A stretch of DNA of 37,876 bases from Candidatus Iainarchaeum sp. (lineage in GTDB: Archaea; Iainarchaeota; Iainarchaeia; Iainarchaeales; JAGVWC01). The stretch lies in the NCBI GenBank assembly GCA_018304465.1, contig JAGVWC010000005.1, positions 1 through 37,876 of the forward strand, in the 5' to 3' direction. Both the position numbers and the translations under genes were made by a program. Position 1 is the first letter of the stretch. Every line of letters begins with the position of its first letter. Of the stretch, positions 17,886 to 28,900 are shown piece after piece. The notes below the pieces were generated by a model. The model was given only the letters and a program-made list of their open reading frames with translations, was not told the DNA's origin and searched no databases.

Positions 17886-19715
17886 TTGCTTTTGTCTAAT
17901 GAATTAAGATCCAAGTATTTGGCGTTTTTTAAGGAAAAAGGCCATGCGATTATTCCGTCGGCATCTTTGATTCCGGAAAACGATCCGACGGTGTTGTTTA
18001 CGACGGCGGGAATGCATCCGTTGGTTCCGTTTTTGATGGGTGAGCGGCATCCGCAAGGAAAGCGTTTGGCGGATGTCCAAAAGTGTATTCGAACTGGCGA
18101 TATCGATTCGGTCGGGGACGCGTGGCATTTGACGTTTTTTGAAATGCTGGGAAACTGGAGTCTTGGGGATTATTTCAAAAAAGACGCGTTGGCGTTTAGT
18201 TTCGAATTTTTGACTTCTCGAAAATGGCTGGGATTGGATCAGAATCGGTTGCATGTGTCGGTTTTTGCGGGTGACAAAGATGCTCCCAAAGACACCGAGG
18301 CCGCGGTCATTTGGGAGTCGTTGGGGATTCCAAAAGAGCGGATTCATTTTTTGCCAAAGTCCGATAATTGGTGGGGTCCGGCGGGTCAAACGGGTCCGTG
18401 TGGACCGGATTCGGAAATGTTTTTTGACACGCAAAAACAAGTCGGAGAACTGGTTGGAAAAACTCCGACGGAGAAGTTTTCGGATGGGTGTTCCAAAGGG
18501 CGTTTTGTCGAGATTTGGAACGACGTGTTTATGCAGTACAACAAGACCGCGCATGGATTGTTCGAGCCGTTAAAGCAAAAAAACGTGGATACGGGAATGG
18601 GTTTGGAGCGGACGGTCGCGGTGTTGAATGGGTTGTCTTCGGTGTACGATATCGATTCGTTTAAGCCGTTGATGCAAAAAATAAAATCGCTTTCCGGTGC
18701 GGGTTTGTTTGAAAAAAATCTTTCGTCTGGCCGCATTGTCGCGGATCACATGCGAAGCGCGGTTTTTATTTTGGGGGATTCCAAAGGTGTTGGCCCGTCG
18801 AACACGGATCAAGGCTATGTGTTGCGTCGGTTGATTCGTCGCGCGATTCGGCACGGAAAAAACCTGGGGATCGAAAAGGATTTTTCGGTGGAAGTCGCGA
18901 AAGTCGTGGTCGGCCAGTTTGGTTCCGTGTATTCGGAACTGGGCAAAAACCAGTCGTTTATTTTTTCCGAATTGGACAAGGAAGAAAAGAAATTCCGCGA
19001 TACGTTGGGGCGTGGAATGACGGTGCTGCAAAAAGCCCTGGATTCCGTGAAGCAATCTTCGGATCGTACATTGGATGCCAAGATCGTTTTTGATTTGTAT
19101 CAGAGTTACGGGTTTCCGCCGGAGATGACCGGAGAGCTTTGTCGCGAGAAAGGCCTTGAAGTGGACTTGGATGGTTTTCAGAAATTGTTGACTGAACATC
19201 AGGATTTGTCGCGAAAAGGCGCGGAGCAAAAATTCAAAGGCGGTTTGGCGGATCATTCCGAGGAAACCACGAAATTGCATACGGCCACGCATCTGTTGAA
19301 CGCGGCGTTGCGAAAAGTGCTGGGGCCGCATGTGTTTCAGAAAGGATCGAATATTACGGCGGAACGCTTGCGGTTTGATTTTCCGAATCCGCAAAAAGTT
19401 TCCGAAGACCAATTAAAGCAAGTGGAAGCCTTGGTGAATCGAATGATTTCGGAGGGCTTGGAAGTCAAGATGGAAATTTTGCCGTATGAAGAAGCCAAGA
19501 AAAGCGGGGCCATGGGCGTGTTTGAGGAAAAGTATGGTGACCATGTCAAGGTGTATACCGTGTGGAATCCGAAAACCAAGGAAGTGTTTTCGAAAGAATT
19601 GTGCGGCGGTCCGCATGTTACGAACACCCGGGAAATTGGCGGGTTCAAAATTACGAAAGAAGAAGGCGTTGCGGCGGGGATTCGTCGCATTAAGGCAATT
19701 GTGGTTTCTCCGTAA
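17886..19715 (+). CDS. alaS: Alanine--tRNA ligase, short form lacking C-Ala
   Basis: LFTTAGM, HLTFFEMLGNWS, GPCGP, DTGMGLER, editing motifs HTATH and ELCGGPH; ends at GIRRIKA. Confidence 0.97.
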   Translation: MLLSNELRSKYLAFFKEKGHAIIPSASLIPENDPTVLFTTAGMHPLVPFLMGERHPQGKRLADVQKCIRTGDIDSVGDAWHLTFFEMLGNWSLGDYFKKDALAFSFEFLTSRKWLGLDQNRLHVSVFAGDKDAPKDTEAAVIWESLGIPKERIHFLPKSDNWWGPAGQTGPCGPDSEMFFDTQKQVGELVGKTPTEKFSDGCSKGRFVEIWNDVFMQYNKTAHGLFEPLKQKNVDTGMGLERTVAVLNGLSSVYDIDSFKPLMQKIKSLSGAGLFEKNLSSGRIVADHMRSAVFILGDSKGVGPSNTDQGYVLRRLIRRAIRHGKNLGIEKDFSVEVAKVVVGQFGSVYSELGKNQSFIFSELDKEEKKFRDTLGRGMTVLQKALDSVKQSSDRTLDAKIVFDLYQSYGFPPEMTGELCREKGLEVDLDGFQKLLTEHQDLSRKGAEQKFKGGLADHSEETTKLHTATHLLNAALRKVLGPHVFQKGSNITAERLRFDFPNPQKVSEDQLKQVEALVNRMISEGLEVKMEILPYEEAKKSGAMGVFEEKYGDHVKVYTVWNPKTKEVFSKELCGGPHVTNTREIGGFKITKEEGVAAGIRRIKAIVVSP

Positions 19716-20020
19716 CTCTTTTTGAATTTTAAAGCCCAAAAAATCTTTTTCTTTTTCTTTGTGCGCTTAGGCCTGCTTTTCATTCAAAAATAAGCTTATT
19801 ACTACATGTATTTTCTATTTTAGAGAAATATCTACGCTTATTACTATTTTTTTGGTGGTTGTTAAGGAAAAAAAGCTTAACAAGGTCTGTTTTTTGATTC
19901 GGAGTGTTAATATTCCTCTGTTTTTGGAATGAAACGTATAAATAGGAGGATGTGTGTAAGTATAAACAGTTTTTTGCCCGGACTGGTTTCCGGCAATAAC
20001 ACCACAGAGAGGTACAGAAC

Positions 20021-21082
20021 ATGAAGTCCATTATTTCAGATGCCGTCCAGGCCAAACAATCCATGGCCGAGGACAAAATCGAAGAATTCGGCGTACCAAA
20101 AATTATGGTCGTCGGAGTCGGAGGCGCCGGATGTAACACCGTTAACCGTCTCGCAACCCTTGGAACGTCCAGTGCCCAATTGGTCGCCGTGAACACCGAC
20201 AAGCAACACCTGGCGATTATCAACGATCAGATCACCAAAATCTTGATCGGAAAATCGGTGACCCGCGGTCTTGGTGCCGGCGGATACCCCGAAATCGGAG
20301 CCAAAGCGGCTGAAATTTCGCGACCTGCATTGGAAGAAGTGCTGTCCGGAATCGACATGTTGTTTTTGGCGGCAGGAATGGGCGGAGGAACCGGAACCGG
20401 TGCAGCTCCCTTGATTGCCGGAATCGCAAAAGAACAAGGCGCGATCGTGATCGCCATGGTCACCTATCCGTTCTCGCTCGAACGCGCCCGAATGACCAAA
20501 GCCGAAGAAGGATTACGCGCGTTGCAAAAAGCAACCGATACCGTCGTTGTGATCGACAACAACCGCCTTGTTGAACTCGTACCGAACTTGCCCATGCAAG
20601 ACGCGTTCAAGGTTGCGGACGAAGTCGTCGCGCGAACCGTTCGCGGAATCACTGAAACCATCACGCAACCGTCCTTGATCAACCTCGACTACGCGGATGT
20701 CCGCTCGATCATGAGCAACAAAGGATTGTCCGTTATCGCTGTCGGAGAATCAAAATCGGTTGACCGCGTCAATGAAGTCGTCGAAGACACCTTAAACAAT
20801 GCATTGCTCGATGTCAACATCAACGGAGCAACCGGAGCCCTTATTCACATTACCGGAGGACCGGAATTGACGTTGGGTGAAGCAAACGAAATCGGAACCA
20901 TGCTCACCGATCAGATGGATTCGAAAGCGGCCGTCATCTGGGGAGCCCGTGTCGACCCGACGTTCCAGAACCGCGTTGAAGTCATCACGATTTTCACTGG
21001 AGTGCACTCGCCGTACATCAAAACGGATCAACCCGAAAAAGTCGCAAAACCCAAGAAAGAATGGGGACTTGATTTCATCTAA
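20021..21082 (+). CDS. ftsZ: Cell division protein FtsZ (archaeal FtsZ2-like)
   Basis: GVGGAGCN, GLGAGG, GMGGGTGTG, ITQPSLINLDYADV; GAGGT SD. Confidence 0.98.
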   Translation: MKSIISDAVQAKQSMAEDKIEEFGVPKIMVVGVGGAGCNTVNRLATLGTSSAQLVAVNTDKQHLAIINDQITKILIGKSVTRGLGAGGYPEIGAKAAEISRPALEEVLSGIDMLFLAAGMGGGTGTGAAPLIAGIAKEQGAIVIAMVTYPFSLERARMTKAEEGLRALQKATDTVVVIDNNRLVELVPNLPMQDAFKVADEVVARTVRGITETITQPSLINLDYADVRSIMSNKGLSVIAVGESKSVDRVNEVVEDTLNNALLDVNINGATGALIHITGGPELTLGEANEIGTMLTDQMDSKAAVIWGARVDPTFQNRVEVITIFTGVHSPYIKTDQPEKVAKPKKEWGLDFI

Positions 21083-21089
21083 ATTTTCC

Positions 21090-21143
21090 TTCGTGAATGG
21101 CGTGGAAGAATCCAACTGGACTCTCCCGCCTTCGAATTTTTTT
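21090..21143 (+). terminator. Imperfect hairpin followed by a T run after ftsZ
   Basis: GGCG..TCCA-AC-TGGA..CGCC pairing, then T8. Confidence 0.4.
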
Positions 21144-21182
21144 CCGCATACGTTTAAATAATCAGGATCCGAATTATCTTGA

Positions 21183-24100
21183 ATGAAACTGTTTTTTTTC
21201 CTGTTAATCGCTTTTTTGGCATTTTCTTCGGTAGTCCAAAGTGCTTCGATCGACTTGAACAACGCAACGAATTTTCAAACCCGCTGGAACGGCGGTGCGG
21301 CTTCGGATCAAACGGGCTACATCCTGTACGGAGAGTCTTCCATTCGAATCGAAAATATTGACGGGGGTGCGGTGTCCAATGATTTGTTGATTGACAGTCC
21401 TTCCGCGGACGTCAACGGAAAAACAAACGTTGGCGCGCTTTATTTGATCAAAAACATCTCTTCCACTTCGGGAGTAAAGGATCTTTCAAATTTGAACAAT
21501 TTCGATGTTCGTTTTAACGGGCATGGAACCGGGGATTATTTGGGCTCGCAGGAAAATTTTGGACACAATTTCATTTTAACCAACATTGACGGCGGCGCGT
21601 ATTCGAACGATCTGTTGATTCCAAGCCAGTCTGCGGACGCGAACATGTTCGGTTCCACGCGCGTAAATGCGGGCGTGGTTTATTTGGTTCGAAACATCGA
21701 TTCGTTGTCCGGTTCTTTTGATTTTGCGAATCCGGCGAATTATTCCGCCGCTTGGTTTGGCGCCACCGCAACCGCGCAACTTGGTTACACGAATAACGGC
21801 GGCACCGGAATTATTGTAGCGAATACGGATGGCGGAGCCTATCCGAATGACCTTGTTCTTGCAAGCCCCAACGCGGACGTGAACGGAATAACCAACGCGG
21901 GGGCTGTGTACTTGATCCTGAATGTGGACGCGGTAACGGGCGCTAATGACCTGAACAATCCAAGCGATTATTCCGTGGCGTGGTTTGGGGCTTCGACATC
22001 GGATTATTTTGGATCGGATAATTCGGGGCGTTCCATTCAGGTGGCGAGCATTGATGAAAACGGAACCGCAAATGATTTGATTATTACCGCGTTTTATGCG
22101 GATGTGAATTCCAAAACCAATAACGGAGCGGTTTATCTGATCAAGAACGCGGGATCGCTTTCAGGTACCCGCGGAATGGGTAATCTGGATAATTTTGATG
22201 TTCGCTGGAGCGGCGCGGAAAATTCGGCGTTGTTTGGAGGCGCAGGTTCAAAAAACATGACCGGAGTCGAAGTCGTGAACGTCGATAACGGGTCTTATGC
22301 CAATGATTTATTGGTGGGTTCGACTAACGCGACTGTGGGCGCCAAGAGCACGCGTGGAACGGTTCATTTGTTGAAAAACGTGGATGGTTTGTCGGGGTCA
22401 AAAGACCTTAATTCATTGGATCATTTTGACGTACGATGGAATGGCGGAACTGAGTACGACAATTTGGGTTGGACGTGGGCCAGCCGGGAAGGATTTCGCT
22501 TGGTGAACGTTGACGAAGGGGCCTATGCGAACGACTTGGTGATCAGCGCGCAATATGCTTCGGTCAGCGGTCGGCAGTGGAACGGGGCTTTTTATTTGAT
22601 GAAGAACATCGATGCGTTGTCCGGCGTAAAAGACCTTAATTATTCGATCAATTTTGACGTGCGATGGGAAGGCGGGGAACCGGGGGACTCCGTGGGTCGA
22701 ACCGGAACCTCGATAAACGGTTTTTATGGACCTGGTTTTCAATTAATCGATTTGGACAATACGGGTTTTCAGGATGATTTGATTCTTTCCGCCATGTATG
22801 GAAACGTGTTGGGCCGAACGGACGCTGGAGTGGTGTATTTGATCAAAAATATCGGTTCTTTGTCCGGTGCCAAGGATTTGAATCTTTCTTCCGGTTATTC
22901 GGTTCGATGGATCGGCGCGTCGTCAAATGATTATCTGGGGTATGCGTGGAATGGTCAATTGGTTCAGGTGTTGAATGCGGATGGCGGCGCATATTCCAAT
23001 GATCTTTTGTTGACCGTGCCCTATGCGGACGTGAACAACCGGTCGGATGCGGGAATTGTGTACATGTTGCTTGGTGTGGATCAGTTGTCGGGAACCGTGG
23101 ACATGAATCTTTCGGAAAATTTTTCAGCGGCTTGGTATGGGTCCGGAGCAAGCGACTTGTTGGGTTCCAATACCGTGGTTTCGGGAGCCCAAGTGGTGAA
23201 TCTGGATAACGGTTCATTTGCGAACGACGTGTTGATTACGTCCACGACCGCGGATTTTAACGGCGGAACCACTAATGGTGCCGTGTATGCCATTCAAGGA
23301 ATCGATTCGTTATCCGGCTTGTTTGACATTAATGTGGCGTCGTCTTCGAGCGCGACTTTTTTCGGGGCTCCAAACGACACTTTGGGGAGTTCCGGTGGCG
23401 CGCCAGGATTTTTTTTCCAGAATTTAGGTGATGACGCGTACGCAAACGATTTTCTGTTTGTTGGAAGCGACGCGGATACGAACGGAAAAACCGACGCGGG
23501 GGTCATTTATCTTTTAGAACGGGACTTTGATTCCACTGCCCCCGTTACGACCGCGGATTATAATGGTGGGACTCAGGCAACGGACGCGAACGTGGTGTTG
23601 ACGTGTACGGATTCTGATGCGGGTTGCGGTTCCACGCAGTATCGCGTGGATTCTGACGCTGGCCTAAGCGTTTCCATGGGTTCTTGGCAGACGTTTGATT
23701 CAAATATTTTGATCACAAGCGATGGAAATTGGGCGATTGATTTTAATTCCACGGATTTGGTTGGAAATCGTGAAACCACTCGCCGGATTTTCGTGTTGAT
23801 TGCGCGGCCAGGTTCAGGTATTGCGGGTGGTCCGCGGTTTGTGTGTCCGAACAATGTATGTGAACCCGACGAAAACGCGGTCGTGTGTCCGCTGGATTGT
23901 CCTAACGTTTGCGGGGATCGGTCTTGCACGCACACGGAAAATAATTTTTCGTGTCCGTTTGATTGTGCCATTGGTTGTGGAAACGGGATTTGCGATGTGC
24001 AAGAATCGGATCGCACGTGTCCAACGGACTGCGGGAGACAACCGGGAGAAATCCTGAATGTCAATGTTCCAAGTCCCACAGGAAGCCAGAATCCCATCAC

Positions 24101-24380
24101 GGTTCCGCTTATTCCGCAGAACAAGGCGTGTGAAAGCGATTCGGATTGCGGGGTTTCTTCCGCGTGTTCGATTTCCCGTTGTATTCAAAACCAGTGTTAT
24201 GGGGGACAGTTGCCCGAAGGAGAGCCGTGTGACATCGGAAGTGTGTGCAAGCAAGGTGTTTGTTCAAAGATTTCACGGCAATTAGAACCGGTTTCGGAAT
24301 CCGATCCCATACTTTGGGTCTCAATTAGCGTGATTGTATTAGCCTTGGGCGCGATCGGATACGAGTACTTCAAAAAATAG
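21183..24380 (+). CDS. Secreted FG-GAP/integrin-alpha-like repeat protein with Ig-like and Cys-rich domains and C-terminal TM
   Basis: Signal peptide; ten NDL(L/V)...AD.NG..NAG.VYLI repeats; DSTAPVTT Ig-like domain; Cys-rich repeats; TM followed by KK. Confidence 0.9.
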   Translation: MKLFFFLLIAFLAFSSVVQSASIDLNNATNFQTRWNGGAASDQTGYILYGESSIRIENIDGGAVSNDLLIDSPSADVNGKTNVGALYLIKNISSTSGVKDLSNLNNFDVRFNGHGTGDYLGSQENFGHNFILTNIDGGAYSNDLLIPSQSADANMFGSTRVNAGVVYLVRNIDSLSGSFDFANPANYSAAWFGATATAQLGYTNNGGTGIIVANTDGGAYPNDLVLASPNADVNGITNAGAVYLILNVDAVTGANDLNNPSDYSVAWFGASTSDYFGSDNSGRSIQVASIDENGTANDLIITAFYADVNSKTNNGAVYLIKNAGSLSGTRGMGNLDNFDVRWSGAENSALFGGAGSKNMTGVEVVNVDNGSYANDLLVGSTNATVGAKSTRGTVHLLKNVDGLSGSKDLNSLDHFDVRWNGGTEYDNLGWTWASREGFRLVNVDEGAYANDLVISAQYASVSGRQWNGAFYLMKNIDALSGVKDLNYSINFDVRWEGGEPGDSVGRTGTSINGFYGPGFQLIDLDNTGFQDDLILSAMYGNVLGRTDAGVVYLIKNIGSLSGAKDLNLSSGYSVRWIGASSNDYLGYAWNGQLVQVLNADGGAYSNDLLLTVPYADVNNRSDAGIVYMLLGVDQLSGTVDMNLSENFSAAWYGSGASDLLGSNTVVSGAQVVNLDNGSFANDVLITSTTADFNGGTTNGAVYAIQGIDSLSGLFDINVASSSSATFFGAPNDTLGSSGGAPGFFFQNLGDDAYANDFLFVGSDADTNGKTDAGVIYLLERDFDSTAPVTTADYNGGTQATDANVVLTCTDSDAGCGSTQYRVDSDAGLSVSMGSWQTFDSNILITSDGNWAIDFNSTDLVGNRETTRRIFVLIARPGSGIAGGPRFVCPNNVCEPDENAVVCPLDCPNVCGDRSCTHTENNFSCPFDCAIGCGNGICDVQESDRTCPTDCGRQPGEILNVNVPSPTGSQNPITVPLIPQNKACESDSDCGVSSACSISRCIQNQCYGGQLPEGEPCDIGSVCKQGVCSKISRQLEPVSESDPILWVSISVIVLALGAIGYEYFKK

Positions 24381-24390
24381 TAATTTTTTT

Positions 24391-25809
24391 TTACAAAAAC
24401 AGCGGCAGCAGGTTGATCAAGAGGATCGGAACCATGATCCAAAAGAACAATCGTTTGACGAATTTTCGGGTGTCTTCTTCGTTTAGTTTCATGAATCCGA
24501 AGTAGGGCGCGAAGATGAGTTCGGCCATGCGTCCGCCGTCAAACGGGACCATGGGTAAAAAGTTCGAAATCGCGACGAAAAAACTAAGCAGTAAAAACCA
24601 TGCGACGATGCTTACGATCAGCGCGTAAAAGCCGTAAGCGATTTGTTGGTACTCGGGCGGGGCCACGTATTGTGGGTTTGAAAGCGCTTGGAATCGAAAT
24701 CCGAATTGCCCGAGTTTGTTCGGAGTGATTGTTTTTTCGGTGATGCGACCGTCTTTTTCGAATTGAAATTTGGCGGGTTGTCCGGCATTGGTCAGAACCG
24801 CGGTGCGCAAGTCGAATTCGTTTTTGACGGGTTGGTCGTTGATTTTTCGCAGGACCGATCCTTTTTCGACTCCGGCTTCGAACGCGGGGCTGGGATACGC
24901 GGTTCGGCAAAACATCACGTTTTCGTCTACGCTTGAAATTTGAATTCCGCTGTAGCGGTTTTCTAGAATGTAATTCTGGTATGGCGTGACCAATGGAGTG
25001 AAAATCAGCATGGTCGCAAGGATCGCGATCGCTCCGATAACCAGCATGGAAACGATGTTGGACGTGGGTCCGGCGGCAAAAATCTGAACGGCTTTTTCGG
25101 GTTCCATGCGATGGATTTCGTTTTCGTCGGGTTCGACGAACGCGCCGATGGGAAATGGTCCGAACGGAATGATGCCTGCGGATTTGATGGGCACGTTGTG
25201 GCGGCGGGCCAAAAAACCATGCGCTGCTTCGTGAATAACCAGAATCAGGAAAATGGAGATCCATGCTTCCCAAGGCGGGGTAAAATCCACATTCGGAATT
25301 TCGATTCCGGGGAGCACCGGCGCGATGCTGGGGCAGGTTTTTCCGCCGGCAGAATAGGTTCCAACGATGTGAAACGCGAGAATCAAAAGAAAAAACGAAA
25401 TGGCGAACGAAAATCCGCCGAGTCCAAACGCGATTGCAAGCGGCCAGGCGTTGGGGATCGGGATGACGACGCTTGCTTCCAAAAATGGTCCGAAAAGAAA
25501 GTAAAAACCCGCGCTTAACACCACGGTAACGATCAAAAACACGGCGATTCGCTGCCAAAGCGATTTGATTTTGTTTCCGATGAAAAAATCGAATCCGAAC
25601 GCGCCGAATCCGAGAATGGATCCGAAAATCGTGAGGTATTCGAGGATCTTGTGGTGTTTAAGCGAGTCGAAAATCGGGTTGAACCGATCGGTTTTGATGA
25701 TCGAAATGACGTAAAACGTCGGGTGTTTGGTGTACCGCTTGATGAGATAGGTGGTGACAAACGCGATCACGAGTGCTGCGGCGAGAAAAACAGCAAAATC
25801 CATAGACAT
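24391..25809 (-). CDS. Site-2 protease (M50 family) with PDZ domain
   Basis: HEAAH, GAFVEPDE, AAGP, NFLPMVPFDGG; SPAFEAG..INDQPV PDZ; multiple TMs. Confidence 0.95.
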   Translation of the reverse strand: MSMDFAVFLAAALVIAFVTTYLIKRYTKHPTFYVISIIKTDRFNPIFDSLKHHKILEYLTIFGSILGFGAFGFDFFIGNKIKSLWQRIAVFLIVTVVLSAGFYFLFGPFLEASVVIPIPNAWPLAIAFGLGGFSFAISFFLLILAFHIVGTYSAGGKTCPSIAPVLPGIEIPNVDFTPPWEAWISIFLILVIHEAAHGFLARRHNVPIKSAGIIPFGPFPIGAFVEPDENEIHRMEPEKAVQIFAAGPTSNIVSMLVIGAIAILATMLIFTPLVTPYQNYILENRYSGIQISSVDENVMFCRTAYPSPAFEAGVEKGSVLRKINDQPVKNEFDLRTAVLTNAGQPAKFQFEKDGRITEKTITPNKLGQFGFRFQALSNPQYVAPPEYQQIAYGFYALIVSIVAWFLLLSFFVAISNFLPMVPFDGGRMAELIFAPYFGFMKLNEEDTRKFVKRLFFWIMVPILLINLLPLFL

Positions 25810-25919
25810 AAATGGGTGTCAAGTGTTTTTATTAATTGGGTTTTGTTGTGGAAAACGCTTTAGTTGTGGTTTAATCCGTGACCCGTACATTTAAATAGTT
25901 TTTTTGCTTTTACTGTGGC

Positions 25920-28900
25920 ATGGGGGGACGTTATAATACAATAGTGCCTTTGCTTGCTCTTTTTGTCCTGTTTTTTTCTTCGGGTGTTTTGGCGGGTGTC
26001 GGCTGTGGTGACACCAACAATACGTGTGTGGTCAGCGGAACGATTTCTTCGGACACGAATTTTATTGACGCGAATACGTATCTCTTGTCGGCTCTGGTGA
26101 CAGTGAGTGGGTCGGGGGTTGATCTTAATATTTTTCCCGGGGCGACGATTAAAGGCATGAAGGCGGGGACGATTGCCGCGGGGGTTCGGGTGACGAATGG
26201 TGCTCGGATTATTGCGGAGGGAAATTCGACGCATCCGATTACGTTTACTTCGTGTCGGGATCAAACCGTTGGAAGCAACACGTCCGCGGTGACGGGTTGT
26301 TCGGGTACTCCGGGTTCGCAGGACTATAACGTCGCCATCAGCATCGCTCCCGATGCGGGGATGACGACCAGTGACAGTTTTTCTTTTTTGAATGTGCGTC
26401 ATGCGACCAATGGGATCGTGTTGAATCAGCCGATTTTGAGTATTCATGATTCGAATTTCAGTCGGTTTGACCGCAACGTGTATACGGCTGCCGCAATTTC
26501 GATTTCAGGAACCTACAGCGACACCAACATTTACCATAACACGATTGACGTGAACGGGTGGGGTACGGCGGGCGGGTATTACGGCATCCGAGTCGATTCG
26601 AATTATGGCGGCGCGATTTATGACAACAATATTTTGGATCGCAATTACGCGTACGCGGTGTTTATTCCTCCAGCGGGCGCGTTTACGGGTGTGTTTCGGG
26701 ACAACAATGTCACGGCTTTTCTGGCGTACGGAATTTATTCCACTACCACGTCGGATCAGAATTTTTGGATGCACGGAAACATCATCGATCACAATACCGT
26801 TGCGGGGGGTTTTTACTCGATGTATTTGAACGGGAATTATTCGGGTGAAATTTTTAACAACGACGTGAATCTGTGGGTCAACGGCTATTTCCTGTACATG
26901 GCTGCGGGGAGTCTTTCGGGACGGTTTTATGACAATGATGTGAATCTTTTCAACGCGCGCGGATTGTATGTCACTACCACGACGGCCGCGGATATTAACG
27001 TGTACAACAATCGGTTCGATTTTAACGGTTTGAATGGGTCCACGTCGTATGACATGATTTTGTTTGGCGGAAGTTTTTCCGGCGAGTTCCATGACAACAA
27101 TGTTTCGGCCTTGTTGGGCGGCTATATGATTCGCACCGTTTATGCGGGGGATTTTTCGGCGCCTATTTACGACAATAATCTTTGGCTGCATCGAACCTTC
27201 GCGTTGTATCACGGAAGTTCCGGCGAGGTTTCGGGGCGAATTAACGCCAATCACGTGGATTACAACGGGGCCAGCGGGTCGAACATGTTCGCGTTTAATT
27301 TCCTGGGTGGTCCGGTTTCATCGGAGATTTTTGACAACAATTTTACGCTTTTCCTGGCGGGCTATGCCATCGGGTTTACGGCGGGGGATTTTACCGGCAG
27401 TATTCATGACAATAATTTTGGAATGGAACAGGCTTCTTGGGGCATCGCGTATACTGCACCAGCCACGTTTTTCGGCGATATTAATCAAAACGTATTTTAT
27501 GCGATTAACGCGATTTCCTACCAAGGCGGGTTTTTGCTGAACAATGCTTCCGGTGTCATGTCGGGAAGCCTCTGTCACAACACGTTTCGGGACGTCAATA
27601 ATCTTCGTTTGATTCAAATCAGCGCCGGGACTTTTTCGGGTACGTTTTGCCATAACACGGCTACCGATATGAATCATTCCCTCAACAACCAATACACCAT
27701 TTACAATAACGGGGTTTTTTCCGGTTCGATCGCGTATAATCATTTTAACCGATGGGGGTTCGATTACACCACGGGCGGTTCGTATTTTTTTTACAGTCAA
27801 GGGGCTTTTTCGGGTGACGTGCATGATAACAATTTCGTGAGCTTTAACTCCACTGACGTAAGCCCCTTGATCTATACGACCACGGGAACTTTTTCGGGAA
27901 ATATTCACGACAACAATTTTTCGGATTTCCAAAAGGGATCCTACTTGATTTATGTGGCGGGCGGATCGTTCACCGGAAACATTTACTCTAATTTGTTCAA
28001 AGACATCAATTTTATCGCCGCGTACGCCGTGATCTACAACATAGCCCAGATTTCCGGAAGTATTTTCGACAATAATTTCGTGAATGTGTATGGCGGCCGA
28101 ATCTTCCAGCAATCCACCGCGGGCAGTTTTTCAGGAAACTTCTACGACAATAATATTTCGGATGTGCGTGCGGCCGCTTTGAATTATGGGATTTATCTTC
28201 AGGGCAGTACCACAGGCAGCTTTTACGACAATCTTTTTTTGGATTTCAATAACACCACGGTTTTCCTTAACAGTGGGACGTTTACCGGAAACTTTTACAA
28301 CAATTTGGCGGTGCGAAACAAAGCGATTGCGTCGGTTATTCCTTATTTTTTCTATAATTCCGGAACGTTTCGCGGTTCGGTGTACAACAACACCGCCCAC
28401 GACTTCAATTCGACGGCTCAGATCGCGCTTTATAATTCCGGAACGTTTTCAGGCTCGGTGTACCGAAATCTTTTCGCGCGTATTCGAACCGGTTTAAGCG
28501 GAACCATTACGGGCGCGGTTTCAAACAATGCGTTTTGGGAGATTGGAACGATTGGAGGCGCGGCAAACCAGCATGAAGGCGATGTGAACTCGCAAACCGG
28601 TTTTTCGGTGGAGCCTTTTCTCGGGGACGAATCCGATCGCAATTTTTTGCTTAATTCGGATGCCGGCGGTGGCGGATTGCTGGTGGACACCGGGGGTGTG
28701 GATGTCAACGCATTTTTCCTTAGTCGGACCGTTCAAAACTCGAATAAGTTGGATTCGGGCAAAATGGATATTGGGTATCATTACGATCAGAATGCGCCGT
28801 TTGTAAGAGTCGTTTCCCCAAGCGACTCAAACAGCTTAACCGGAACCCAATCCATTGATTTCAATTTCGAATCGGCATTGGGTTCGTCTTCGACCCTGAC

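Noticed and set aside
20021-21082. ftsZ as a foreign gene because of its C/A-rich codons
   Set aside because: More simply explained by the codon bias of a highly expressed core gene
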